A DNA stretch of 64,000 nt from Clostridia bacterium. Lineage in GTDB: Bacteria > Bacillota > Clostridia > Oscillospirales > RGIG5299. The stretch covers positions 14,414-78,413 of the forward strand of contig JAFVQJ010000013.1 of NCBI GenBank assembly GCA_017504945.1, in the 5' to 3' direction. Shown in pieces: positions 9,250 through 18,593 of this stretch (positions are counted from its first letter, which is position 1; the number at the start of each line of letters is the position of its first letter). The translations under genes were made by a program, and so were the position numbers. The notes beneath the pieces were generated by a model. That model searched no databases. It saw only the letters and a program-made list of their open reading frames with translations, and had not been told where the DNA came from.

Positions 9250-11379
9250 TCAGTATAATATTCTTATATATTTATGATAAAAGCGCTTCGGAGAATATTT
9301 TTCTTTTGCTTTTAACTCTCTTGTTTCATTTTGCAGCTCATCGGTAACAAGCTTGAATTCATCATCGGTAACGGTGTGATTGCTGAACCGTGCCTTTCTT
9401 GCAACGAAAAGACTTTCCGCAGAGGGAGCTTTTCCGTTTTCCTTGCATACCGTGCAGAGCTTTCTCCAACAGTACAGCAACCGTTTATTCTTATCCTTTT
9501 TCATAATTTTGCGCTTAGAAAGCGCAAAAAACGCTTTTCGGTAAACGGCAAAGCCCAAAACTACAGTCAATACCGCGGCGGCAGGAGCTATCAGATGAGC
9601 TATTGGGAGCTTTCCGTTCTTTTCTCCACCGTCCTCCGAGCTGCCTGTGCTTTGAGAAGAGTCGGACGTGTCACTGCTTTGATGTGAGCTGTTGTCCTGT
9701 GACGGCTGTTGTGAGCTGTTTTCCTGCGACGGATCAGAGCTGTCATCAGGAATTACGTGTGAGCTGTTTTGTTCGTTCTCGGGAGGTGCAGACTCGAATA
9801 TTTCGAAGCCCGGCGTCGATTCAATTATCTTCCAGCCCTCGCCCTCTACGTAATACTCTACCCACGCGTGTCTGTCGGTATCTTCGACCGAATACCATTC
9901 GTTTGGCTCGCTTTCGGCGACGTAATAGCCCGTAACAAATCTTGCCGGAATACCGTTGGCTCTTAAAAGCATTGCAGTAGCAGTTGCAAAATGCACACAG
10001 TAGCCGCGCTTGCTCTTTTCAAGAAAATATTGCGTATAATTTATATTTTTATCTTCCGGAATGTTGTTTTCCTCTCTGTACTCTTTTATCAGGTTTGGCG
10101 GATCGTTATCGTAAACGGCGCTGTTTCTCACAAAGCTTGCTATCTCCTCGGGAGAGGCTCCCTCAAGGCCGTATTTTTTCAACAGCGAAACGGTTCCGTC
10201 CTCTACATCCAAATAAGCTTTAGAGAGATATTTAACGTAACCCTCGTATTCATTTATCTTATCACAGAAATAAACGGTATATTCTGAGGCACCGCGTTCA
10301 TTATGTATATAGCAATCATAAAAATTATATGAGTCGCACGAGGTACTGTGCGGATTCAGTGCAGTAAATATCTGCGTTCTTATATCCGCCGTTTTTATCT
10401 CAAGAGTGTATTTCGGTTCAAATCCGCAATACATAGCATTTATCCACGAAAAGTTGCCATCGGGTGCTATATAATAGTCTTTTCTCCACATACCGTCATA
10501 CTGGGCATACGTTACTCCGCGAAGATAGTTTATCTTTGTGCTCGAGCGAAATTTCAGTTCCTCTTTTCCCGTAGTGTTTTCAAACGGTTGATTCAGCCTT
10601 ACCTCTTCTATTCCTTCCCATAGTTGAGGCGATTGAGCGCCGCCCTCCGTTCCGGGGTTATCATCTTTATCTAAAATGTCCTCAAGCTTTATCCTTATAT
10701 CGTCGATCCATGCGGGACGAGAATACGATATCGGGTTGTAATATACAAGCAATGCCGTAACAAGTACAGCACACGGCGTAATCAAAACAAGCGCATTTTC
10801 GTTTGCCTTTGAGGTATCAAACCGGCGAACGCGATCGGTTATCAATAAGATCAGAAAGAAAAGCGTGAATACCGTGATCCACGGCACAGGTGCCGCATTT
10901 ATAAACATAAGGCTGAAAAGCACCGAAGGCACGCAAAGCGCCGCAATTACGTAAAAGCCTTTTCTGAAGCCCTGCATCAGTGAAGCAAGCCACGCTGTCA
11001 GTCCGACGGAAAAAGCAAGAAAAATATAATGCGAATTTCCGAAAGCAATGCCCGTTATTTTAAACCCGAAAAAACGGTGCAGCTTGGTAGTCAAAAAGTA
11101 CAATATTCTTTCAAAGCCGTCGACTATGCCGGAAAGCTTCCAACACACCGCAAGAGCAAAAGCGCCGAGCATTACAGCCACAATAATTTTTCTGTGCTTC
11201 GGAAAAAGAGCGGGAACCGCACCCAAAAGAGCACAAGCTCCTGCTATGACAACAAAATAGCTGTCTACAGATATTTTTAACGTATTTGTAAAGCAAAACA
11301 ATGCACTTACAGTAAGTGCAGCAGCAATAAGCGACGGCATAATGACGTCGATAATTTTTCTTAATACCTTATTTTCCAC
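9250..11379 (-). CDS. transglutaminase-domain membrane protein (TgpA-like, with DUF4129-like tail)
   Basis: It has multiple N-terminal TM helices. The transglutaminase core has Cys (RGYCVHFATA), His (DRHAWVEYY) and a downstream acidic residue. An S/Q/D-rich linker and a late TM helix follow. Confidence 0.85.
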   Translation of the reverse strand: MENKVLRKIIDVIMPSLIAAALTVSALFCFTNTLKISVDSYFVVIAGACALLGAVPALFPKHRKIIVAVMLGAFALAVCWKLSGIVDGFERILYFLTTKLHRFFGFKITGIAFGNSHYIFLAFSVGLTAWLASLMQGFRKGFYVIAALCVPSVLFSLMFINAAPVPWITVFTLFFLILLITDRVRRFDTSKANENALVLITPCAVLVTALLVYYNPISYSRPAWIDDIRIKLEDILDKDDNPGTEGGAQSPQLWEGIEEVRLNQPFENTTGKEELKFRSSTKINYLRGVTYAQYDGMWRKDYYIAPDGNFSWINAMYCGFEPKYTLEIKTADIRTQIFTALNPHSTSCDSYNFYDCYIHNERGASEYTVYFCDKINEYEGYVKYLSKAYLDVEDGTVSLLKKYGLEGASPEEIASFVRNSAVYDNDPPNLIKEYREENNIPEDKNINYTQYFLEKSKRGYCVHFATATAMLLRANGIPARFVTGYYVAESEPNEWYSVEDTDRHAWVEYYVEGEGWKIIESTPGFEIFESAPPENEQNSSHVIPDDSSDPSQENSSQQPSQDNSSHQSSDTSDSSQSTGSSEDGGEKNGKLPIAHLIAPAAAVLTVVLGFAVYRKAFFALSKRKIMKKDKNKRLLYCWRKLCTVCKENGKAPSAESLFVARKARFSNHTVTDDEFKLVTDELQNETRELKAKEKYSPKRFYHKYIRILY

Positions 11380-12328
11380 AGCGCACCTCCTTTTTCGGAG
11401 TTATGCGATAATACAAATCGGCAGCCTCGGTTACCGCCTGCACGTTTGCGTCAGTCGACGCGGTGAGCAACACTGTACGGAGCGCTTTTAAAAAATCCGA
11501 GCCGTTGGAAATATCCGCTATCCTTCTTTTTAGCTTTTCCGAATCCGTATATACAATTTCAATCTCCGCACCGTGCCCGAAAAGCTCGTCAGACAGCCAA
11601 ATGAGCTGCCCTAACACCGAATCGTTTTCGTCTTCGTTTTTTGAAAAGACGGGTTCGATTACCGCTTTCATCTTCAAAGGCTCCAATGCTTCCTTTGCAA
11701 CCAGACCGTCAGTCTTGGCTGACGCCTTCCAATGTATCATACGGAGGCTGTCGCCCTCGCGATAGTCGCGCAGATCGTATTCCTCCGCAACTCCGCCTCG
11801 CTTTGCAACTCTGTTTGCGGCATACGCCTTATTCAGATTCGGCATTTTGTCGGGATGACACGGCGACGCTTCAACGAGCATCTCAACCGTCGGACATTTT
11901 TTTATTTTAAAGCAAAAAAGTCCGAGCAGATCGTAGGATCTGCTTCCCGCAAGATCGCATACTGTTATTCCGCAATGCTCTGTAGATATTTTAATCTCCT
12001 CTGCAGTATCTGAGAGAATAAATCGCCTTATATTTTCCGTCTTTCCGTAAGGAAACAGCTTCTTTTTGACGTTTATTACGCAGTACGACATCGTCCCCTT
12101 ATTTTTTACGGTTATCTTAAGCGGTACCTCTTCTCCTGCCGCACAGGACGCAGGCATCATTGCGACTATTTTCGTATTTTTTGTCCCAATCATATAAAGA
12201 AGCAAGGAAAACCACGGCAGGCACAAAACGAGCAGCAGTAAAAAGCCCGAATACCAGCCGTAATAAAAAATATTGAAAACGGCAGCCGCAACTAATGCGA
12301 CGCAATAAAAAATTCTGTTTTTGATCAT
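11369..12328 (-). CDS. DUF58 domain protein
   Basis: It has the DLRDYREGDSLRMIHWKASAK signature and two N-terminal TM helices. It overlaps the downstream gene by 11 nt. Confidence 0.8.
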   Translation of the reverse strand: MIKNRIFYCVALVAAAVFNIFYYGWYSGFLLLLVLCLPWFSLLLYMIGTKNTKIVAMMPASCAAGEEVPLKITVKNKGTMSYCVINVKKKLFPYGKTENIRRFILSDTAEEIKISTEHCGITVCDLAGSRSYDLLGLFCFKIKKCPTVEMLVEASPCHPDKMPNLNKAYAANRVAKRGGVAEEYDLRDYREGDSLRMIHWKASAKTDGLVAKEALEPLKMKAVIEPVFSKNEDENDSVLGQLIWLSDELFGHGAEIEIVYTDSEKLKRRIADISNGSDFLKALRTVLLTASTDANVQAVTEAADLYYRITPKKEVRCGK

Positions 12329-12329
12329 A

Positions 12330-13259
12330 TTATTTCAGCTTCGGAGCAACTGTTTTTGTAATTATCTCATCAAGTATATCGGTTACCGAAACGCCGTTTG
12401 CCTCCGCCTCGGGAGTAAGTAAGATTCGGTGCGCCACGGTTTTTACAAAGCATGCCTCTACGTCCTCGGGAATTACAAAATCCCTTCCCTCAATAAAGGC
12501 GGTTGCCTTTGCCATTGCCGCAAGAGCTATCGTTCCTCTCGGGCTCACTCCTCTTAAAATGCTTTTATGATTTCTCGTCGCGGTAACGAGCGCTACGGCA
12601 TAGTCGACCGTTTCGGGAGAAATATATACCTTTTCCGCCTGACGTCGAATTTCTCTTACCTCTGTTGCCGATAAAACGTTTTGCACCTCGGTGTCGGATT
12701 TGCCCGCCATACGGCTCAACACTATCTCTCTTTCGTCCTCTGTTTCGGGATATCCTATTGAAAGCCTTACCATAAAGCGATCCATCTGGCTGTCGGGCAA
12801 CAGCTGAGTTCCTACCGCACCGACGGGATTCTGCGTTGCTATTACAAAAAAGGGCTCGTCAAGTAAATATGTTTTTCCGTCAACGGTAACCTGTTTCTCC
12901 TCCATTGCCTCAAGCAGAGCCGACTGAGTGCGCGAAGTAGCTCTGTTTATCTCGTCTGCAAGAAAAACGTTTGCAAATACTGCTCCCTTTATGTATTCCG
13001 CAGTATTTTTATCTCTGTTATATATAGAGTATCCGACTATATCGGACGGAAGCACGTCAGGCGTAAATTGAACTCTGCTGTAAGAAAGACCCATAGCCTT
13101 TGCAAAGGCAACCGCCATAGTGGTCTTGCCCACGCCGGGAATATCCTCAAGCAGAATATGACCGCCGGCAATTATCGCCGTAAGAATATCGCGTATTACC
13201 TCATCCTTGCCGACTATTGCCTTTTTTACCTCATTGATGACATTATCCGAATAATTCAT
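12330..13259 (-). CDS. MoxR-family AAA+ ATPase
   Basis: Walker A is EDIPGVGKT and Walker B is LADEINRA, with a MoxR-like C-terminus. The start at MNYSDN is preceded by a GGAGGG RBS. Confidence 0.9.
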   Translation of the reverse strand: MNYSDNVINEVKKAIVGKDEVIRDILTAIIAGGHILLEDIPGVGKTTMAVAFAKAMGLSYSRVQFTPDVLPSDIVGYSIYNRDKNTAEYIKGAVFANVFLADEINRATSRTQSALLEAMEEKQVTVDGKTYLLDEPFFVIATQNPVGAVGTQLLPDSQMDRFMVRLSIGYPETEDEREIVLSRMAGKSDTEVQNVLSATEVREIRRQAEKVYISPETVDYAVALVTATRNHKSILRGVSPRGTIALAAMAKATAFIEGRDFVIPEDVEACFVKTVAHRILLTPEAEANGVSVTDILDEIITKTVAPKLK

Positions 13260-13325
13260 TGTTTTCCCTCCGTATACCTTTTTATTATTATACCATATAT
13301 TAAATACCATTGCAATAATAAATAA

Positions 13326-13350
13326 CGCGGATACCGAGTCGGTATCCGCG
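13326..13350 (-). terminator. intrinsic terminator after mltG
   Basis: 11-bp stem CGCGGATACCG/CGGTATCCGCG followed by a T-rich tract on the minus strand. Confidence 0.65.
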
Positions 13351-13356
13351 CTTTGA

Positions 13357-14421
13357 TTACAGATATTTGTCTATATTTTTTTGATGCTCGGCGTAGGTCT
13401 TTGCAAAAATCGTCCTGCCGCCCGCACCTATGAAATAATAGTAAGGATTATCGGCGGGAGAAAGCGCCGCAACGAGCGCCTCTATCCTCATATTCGAGAT
13501 GGGACCCTTGGGAAGTCCCTCGCAATAGTAGGTGTTGTAGGGGCTTTGTATCTTGGTGTCGGCGGTTGAGAGAGGTCTGGTTTTATCGCCGCGAACGTAA
13601 TAGACCGTTACGCACGATTCAAGCTTCATATTTATCTTGAGTCGGTTTACGAAAACGCCCGCAATATCCTTCATCTCGGAGACGCTTGCCGCTTCGCACT
13701 GCACTATTGAGCCGAGCGTTACAGCCTCGTCGAGTGTGAATCTGTTGTTTTCAAGAAGTTTCGCAATACCTGACGCATTATACTTTTTCTCAAAATTATC
13801 AAGCAGCTTTTTCATTATTCCCGCAGGTGTTTCGCCCACGAACACCTCGTAGGTGTCGGGGTAGAGGTAGCCCTCGTAATACTGCTCTCTTTCGGGAAGG
13901 TCCTTCAAAAACCAATATTCCTCTTTAAGCGAATCGAGCGCCGCAAGGAGAGATTCCTCGCTGTGTCCCGACTGCGACGAAACCGTTTTGAGTATTTCCT
14001 TTTGGGTAAGTCCTTCGATAACGGTGATGTTATAGACGTTTTCTATCGGCTTGCCGGTGATTACCTCGATTATCTCGCCGTAGCTCATATTGGGCGAAAG
14101 GTTGAATTTACCCGCCTTTAAAGAGCTTCTCGGAGAGTTAAGCTTAAGATAGACCTTAAAGCAAAGCTCCGAGCCTATAAATCCCTCATTTTCGAGCTTT
14201 TTGGCTATTTGAGAAAAGCTCATGCCCTCAGGAACGTTAAAGGTAACGGTATTCTCCGCTCTGCCGCCGCCCGAGCTTTCGCGCTGATAAAAATCGAAGA
14301 CAAAATAGACCGAGCCCGACGCCGCCAAGATAACTGCCAAGAGGATGCAAAGAAATACAACGGGTGCCTTTTTACCGCTTTTTTTCTCTGTTTTCGGTTT
14401 TACTGTTTTATAATTCTTCAT
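13357..14421 (-). CDS. mltG: endolytic murein transglycosylase MltG (YceG-like)
   Basis: It has an N-terminal TM anchor and a YceG-like domain (PEGYLYPDTYE-type motif YEGYLYPDTYEV, SIVQCEA). The start at MKNYKT has an AAAGGAA RBS. Confidence 0.85.
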   Translation of the reverse strand: MKNYKTVKPKTEKKSGKKAPVVFLCILLAVILAASGSVYFVFDFYQRESSGGGRAENTVTFNVPEGMSFSQIAKKLENEGFIGSELCFKVYLKLNSPRSSLKAGKFNLSPNMSYGEIIEVITGKPIENVYNITVIEGLTQKEILKTVSSQSGHSEESLLAALDSLKEEYWFLKDLPEREQYYEGYLYPDTYEVFVGETPAGIMKKLLDNFEKKYNASGIAKLLENNRFTLDEAVTLGSIVQCEAASVSEMKDIAGVFVNRLKINMKLESCVTVYYVRGDKTRPLSTADTKIQSPYNTYYCEGLPKGPISNMRIEALVAALSPADNPYYYFIGAGGRTIFAKTYAEHQKNIDKYL

Positions 14422-14519
14422 ATTTAAAATTCCTTTCAAGCCGCACCTTGCGAGATATGTGGCACAAGGCGGCTTTGAAGCATAAAATGAACTAACTGAA
14501 ACAAGGCGAGGTGAAACAG

Positions 14520-14624
14520 ATGGGCTGCAACAACAATCTCTTCGGATGCGGCTGTAACAGCGGTTGCTTCTGGATAGTTATAATTCTTATCCTTTTCCTT
14601 CTTTGCAACAAGGATCTTTTCTGA
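14520..14624 (+). CDS. 34-aa Cys/Gly/Asn-rich single-TM micro-protein (YjcZ-like tiny sporulation protein?), below the ORF-track cutoff
   Basis: The ORF encodes MGCNNNLFGCGCNSGCFWIVIILILFLLCNKDLF. A GAGGTGA RBS lies 5 nt upstream of the ATG, and a strong terminator starts 12 nt after the stop. Confidence 0.5.
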   Translation: MGCNNNLFGCGCNSGCFWIVIILILFLLCNKDLF

Positions 14625-14635
14625 TATACTTAAGC

Positions 14636-14667
14636 TCCCCTTCTCTGCTTGAGGAGGGGATTTTTTA
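14636..14667 (+). terminator. intrinsic terminator of the micro-ORF
   Basis: 10-bp stem (14636-14645 / 14651-14660) with a 5-nt loop, followed by TTTTTT. Confidence 0.75.
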
Positions 14668-15579
14668 TGCCCAAAGACCTGTAAGCTCAAGAACCGTCTT
14701 TAATATAAAAAGAGCAATGAGAAGGAAAAACGACTTTGTAAAGGGGGTTGCTCTGTTTCGACTTCTTTTTGCCTCTTTAAGTGAAACGCCCTTTCTCTTT
14801 TTCTTGCTTTTGAGATAATGCTTTTCGAAAAAGCGAAGAGTAAAATAAAGAGAGATGAAGAAGATGAGCAAAAGCGTTACGAAAATTATCCATTTAAGCT
14901 CGGATTTTGCTATAATGTCAGCATAATACGCGGCGGTAACCGCAAGCATATTGTTAACCGCGTGAGCGATTATCGCCGCCCATACAGAGCCCGAAAGATA
15001 GACGAGCAAAGAGTAAACTATCGAGCATATAAATGGCGAAACGAGATTCTGAAGCGAGCCGTGAAGCACCGTAAAGGATATCGCCGCCGCTAAAATTACC
15101 TCTATTCGCGGAAATTCCGAATATTGCGAGCAATAGGCTCCTCTGAAATAAAGCTCCTCCAATATGGCGGGAAGCACTACGATAGCGACCGCAACCGAAA
15201 GAATTCCTCCGAATTCAAGCTCGCCTATCGCCGAAGGAAGCTTGCCGCTCGACTCGATTTTGAAAAGCGCCGAGATGCCCGCATTTATCAGCATTGAGAA
15301 AAAGGTTGCCGCAACCGACGCCGAAATGCAGACCGGCAGATATCTCAATTTGAAATTTTTAAGCTTCAAATATCCCGTGATCTTAATGCTCTTTCTGTTG
15401 TAAAGCGCAAGAAAGACTATCGGTATCAAAAAGCACACTATATAGAGAAGAAAATAAAAGCTGTAGCTGTCGATACCGAGGAACGCCGTTATTTTATCCG
15501 AAAAAAGACCCGTTATGTTAAGCACCGCAAAAATTATAAGGGTTACCGTGCCCACGGGATTTTTTTGTCTTACTACCAT
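14665..15579 (-). CDS. CPBP-family intramembrane glutamic endopeptidase (CAAX protease-like)
   Basis: It has the EELYFRG motif, FTVLHG and HAVNN motifs, and a polytopic profile. The RBS is AAGGAGG. Confidence 0.8.
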   Translation of the reverse strand: MVVRQKNPVGTVTLIIFAVLNITGLFSDKITAFLGIDSYSFYFLLYIVCFLIPIVFLALYNRKSIKITGYLKLKNFKLRYLPVCISASVAATFFSMLINAGISALFKIESSGKLPSAIGELEFGGILSVAVAIVVLPAILEELYFRGAYCSQYSEFPRIEVILAAAISFTVLHGSLQNLVSPFICSIVYSLLVYLSGSVWAAIIAHAVNNMLAVTAAYYADIIAKSELKWIIFVTLLLIFFISLYFTLRFFEKHYLKSKKKRKGVSLKEAKRSRNRATPFTKSFFLLIALFILKTVLELTGLWA

Positions 15580-15594
15580 AACGGACCTCCTTTC

Positions 15595-16137
15595 TTAAAA
15601 TCTTATTATCCTTTTTTCCGTTACCGCAACGTCAAGAGGAATATCGGTTACGTCCGCCTCAAAGGGCAAAATGCCGTATTCCGCCGCCAAGCCAACCGTT
15701 TTTCCTTTAAAGTTATTTAAAAATCTGTCGTAACAGCCCTTGCCGTAGCCCACGCGATGCCCCTCTTCGTTTATTGCAAGGGCAGGCACTATGCAAAGAC
15801 TTCTTTCGGTCGCCCTCGCCCTTTCGGTGCGCGGCGGCTCGGGTATATTGAATTTTCCCCTTTGCATCGGCGTGCCGATATCGTAATAATAAAAATCAAG
15901 CGAAAAATCGCTCTTCGTAACGGGAAGAGCAACCCTCTTGCCAGAATTCAGCGCCGACCTTATTATTTTTTCGGTTGATATCTCGTCGCCTACCGAGAAA
16001 TAGCAAAATACGGTGTCGCATTCTGCAAACTCATGAAGCGAAAGCAGCCTTTTAGCTATTTTTTCGGATATTTTTTCAATATCCGCACCTTTTCTTTTTT
16101 CGAGGATAAATTTGCGAATATCGGCTTTAGTTTGCAC
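15595..16137 (-). CDS. 5-formyltetrahydrofolate cyclo-ligase
   Basis: The size and motifs fit the MTHFS family (VALPV, GYGKGCYDR). I prefer the GTG start with a GGTGG RBS over the longer ORF-track start. Confidence 0.75.
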   Translation of the reverse strand: MQTKADIRKFILEKRKGADIEKISEKIAKRLLSLHEFAECDTVFCYFSVGDEISTEKIIRSALNSGKRVALPVTKSDFSLDFYYYDIGTPMQRGKFNIPEPPRTERARATERSLCIVPALAINEEGHRVGYGKGCYDRFLNNFKGKTVGLAAEYGILPFEADVTDIPLDVAVTEKRIIRF

Positions 16138-16675
16138 TGAATACCACCTGTTTCGCAATAAGCGCCGCCTTTTCGGGACCGCACAATGCACGGACCAGCT
16201 CAAGCGCAAACTCGATGGAGGTGCCCATTCCGCGCGAGGTTATAACGTTGTGGTCGCGACAGACGTTATCCGTACTTACTCTTGCGCAGTTAAGCTCCTT
16301 TTCAAGCCCCGGATAGACGCAAGCCGCCTTTCCGCTCAAAATATTGTAGCTTGACAAAACGGTGGGCGCGCCGCATATCGCCGCAACGAGCTTGCCCTCG
16401 CCGTAGGTCGCCTTGGTTATTTTTTCCACCTCGGGAGAAAGACCGAGATTTATATAGCCGGGATTTCCGCCCGGTAAAATTACCATATCGGGTATTTCGG
16501 AAAGGACCTCGCTTATCTCCTTATCGCACACCACCTCAACGCCTCTTGCGCCGACGGCGTTTTTACCGTTAACGCCGATAAGCTCCACCGTAACGCCTGC
16601 GCGGCGAAGAAGATCTATGGGCGAAAGCGCCTCGACCTCTTCAAATCCGTTTGCCATAAATATAAAAGCCTTCAT
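16127..16675 (-). CDS. DJ-1/PfpI family protein
   Basis: The nucleophile-elbow motif AAICGAP and the FEEVE motif are present. The start at MKAFIF has an AAGGAG RBS. Confidence 0.85.
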   Translation of the reverse strand: MKAFIFMANGFEEVEALSPIDLLRRAGVTVELIGVNGKNAVGARGVEVVCDKEISEVLSEIPDMVILPGGNPGYINLGLSPEVEKITKATYGEGKLVAAICGAPTVLSSYNILSGKAACVYPGLEKELNCARVSTDNVCRDHNVITSRGMGTSIEFALELVRALCGPEKAALIAKQVVFSAN

Positions 16676-16752
16676 TGCATTTTTCTCCTTAATACCGTAT
16701 TTTTTTATTATATCATAATAACTGCCGAAAAACAACAATAAATGTAAATATT

Positions 16753-16783
16753 ATAACGCTCCGCCTTAAAGACGGAGCGTTAT
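16753..16783 (-). terminator. intrinsic terminator after tmk
   Basis: 11-bp stem ATAACGCTCCG/CGGAGCGTTAT. Confidence 0.65.
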
Positions 16784-16792
16784 TCGTTATTT

Positions 16793-17455
16793 TTACTTTA
16801 TTTTTTCAAATATTTCGGCGGTTATCTCCTCTATCTTCTTTACCTCGCCGTTTTCATCAACACAGTTTATTACCTGCCAGCCGAGCACCTCTGCGGCGTA
16901 GCACGCCGTTTCGTAGCATTTGAAGAGATAGCCGTTGTCCTTCTCGTGAATATCCTTTTTGCCCTCGTCGCCGTTATAGCGGCCGGTCATGAGCATAAGG
17001 CTCTTTTCGGGAGGCATATTGAGAAATATCACGCTGTCGGGTCTCGGAAGCCCGAGCTTATTGAACTCAAAATCGTAGAGCCATTCAAAATATGCCCTTT
17101 GATCCTCTTTTTTGAATTTCTCGCCCTGATGTATCGCGTTTGAGGTGGTATATCTTGCGGCGATAAGAGTGTATCCCTGCTCTAAAAGGTCCTTCCACTC
17201 GGTCTTGTAGGAGCAGTATCTGTCAACGGCGTAAAAGCAGGAGGCGGCGTAGGCGTTTACGTCGTCGGGACGGCTTCCGAATTCGCCGCCGAGATACATT
17301 CTTACGGGAGCGGAATATTTTGCATCATATCTCGGGAAAGAGATAAGGCGCGCCTTTTTTCCCTCTTCAAGAAGGGTCTTTACAACAATATCCGCCTGGG
17401 TGGATTTACCCGAGGCGTCAACGCCGTCTATTACTATAAGTCTTCCCTTTTCCAT
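16793..17455 (-). CDS. tmk: thymidylate (dTMP) kinase
   Basis: It has the P-loop IDGVDASGKSTQ and a DRY-type motif (AVDRYCSY). Confidence 0.8.
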   Translation of the reverse strand: MEKGRLIVIDGVDASGKSTQADIVVKTLLEEGKKARLISFPRYDAKYSAPVRMYLGGEFGSRPDDVNAYAASCFYAVDRYCSYKTEWKDLLEQGYTLIAARYTTSNAIHQGEKFKKEDQRAYFEWLYDFEFNKLGLPRPDSVIFLNMPPEKSLMLMTGRYNGDEGKKDIHEKDNGYLFKCYETACYAAEVLGWQVINCVDENGEVKKIEEITAEIFEKIK

Positions 17456-17465
17456 AGCCTTCTCC

Positions 17466-18356
17466 TTAAAGTATGCCCGTGCTCTTTACCGATTTTGAAT
17501 ACTCGGTAGGCGTCATACCGGTATATTCCTTAAACGACCTTGAAAAATAGTGAACAGAGCCGTAGGAAAGTATCTCCGCTATCTCGGTGAAGGTGAATTC
17601 TCCGAGAGATATAAGCTGCTTTGCCTTTTTTATCTTAAGATCGTTGAAATAGTTTATCATACCCTTGCCGGTCTTTTGCTTAAAGAGTGTCTTGATATAC
17701 GTCTTTGAGAAAAAGAACTGATTGCAAACGTCGTCGATAGTTACGTTTTTATCGGTATTTCGCTCGAGGTAATCGACTATTATTCCGAAAACGTCGCCTC
17801 CGCCGTCCTGCTTGCGCCACTGCGGATTTTTTTCTCTCGCCTTAAGCACGCTGTTGCTTCTTATGAGCTGAATAAACAGCTCCTCCATATAAAGCTTGAT
17901 GAGCTGAAGAGAGCCGAAATCAATAATTTCTCTTTTGGTCATTTCTGTAAGCTCAACTATGTTAAGCGGCTCCGAAAAGGTGTTTTTGCCCTCCGATATT
18001 ATCTTGAAGATTATTTCTCTTTGCGATTTATTGAGCTTTAGCACCTTATTTTCAAAAAACACCATTGCGGGACTTTTGGTCTCAAAGCTGATAACGACGG
18101 TGTTTGCATAGTCGCCCATTGCCTTTATTGCGTGAAATTCATTTGGCTTATGAAATATTATCTCGCCCTGATTAAGACGGTATATCTGCTTATCGGCTAT
18201 AACGCTTACGTTTCCTCTGTCGACGTAAACGAGCTCCCAAAAGGGATGGGTCTCGCCCTCGAAATTATAGGTCTTGGAATATTCAAAATAGTGAAGAGTA
18301 TATATTCCCGTTACGTTGATTATTTCACTCAAGGGGTTCTTTACGAAATCAGACAT
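17466..18356 (-). CDS. AraC-family transcriptional regulator (cupin sensor + HTH)
   Basis: The N-terminus is cupin-like. The C-terminus is an AraC-type double HTH (EIAEILSYGSVHYFSRSFKEYTGMTPTEY). Confidence 0.85.
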   Translation of the reverse strand: MSDFVKNPLSEIINVTGIYTLHYFEYSKTYNFEGETHPFWELVYVDRGNVSVIADKQIYRLNQGEIIFHKPNEFHAIKAMGDYANTVVISFETKSPAMVFFENKVLKLNKSQREIIFKIISEGKNTFSEPLNIVELTEMTKREIIDFGSLQLIKLYMEELFIQLIRSNSVLKAREKNPQWRKQDGGGDVFGIIVDYLERNTDKNVTIDDVCNQFFFSKTYIKTLFKQKTGKGMINYFNDLKIKKAKQLISLGEFTFTEIAEILSYGSVHYFSRSFKEYTGMTPTEYSKSVKSTGIL

Positions 18357-18524
18357 TCATATCTCTCCCTGTCGAAAGGATTCGCTCCGCGTTGAAATTT
18401 TGAGCCGATTTTATAAAACATTTGTCTTTTTTTCTAAATAAAAATACCGTTTTTAATATTATACTATTAGTGTAAAGGTTTTTCAACAGTTTTTTCGACT
18501 TTATTTAAATAAATATCGGTCCCT

Positions 18525-18563
18525 TGTTGACAATTATATCAAAGTTTGATATAATTGTCAACA
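18525..18563. promoter_or_regulatory. perfect 39-bp palindrome containing two fully overlapping consensus promoters (one per strand)
   Basis: The arms are 19 bp around centre G18544. On the plus strand: TTGACA 18527-32, TGn, TATAAT 18550-55. On the minus strand: TTGACA 18561-56, TATAAT 18538-33. Confidence 0.6.
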
Positions 18564-18593
18564 CAATATTACAAAATTCACGAGGTGTTTCAA

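Noticed and set aside
9600-9790. Apparent tandem nucleotide repeats (GTGAGCTGTT..GACGG units); a similar repeat at 55385-55460
   Set aside because: They lie inside coding regions. They encode low-complexity linkers: Ser/Gln/Asp-rich in the transglutaminase protein and Ala-Pro in the DUF4234 protein. They are not CRISPR or regulatory repeats.
14436-14690. 84-aa minus-strand ORF in the mltG/CPBP gap
   Set aside because: It has no RBS and overlaps both neighbours. The opposite strand carries a much better supported RBS, 34-codon ORF and terminator unit.
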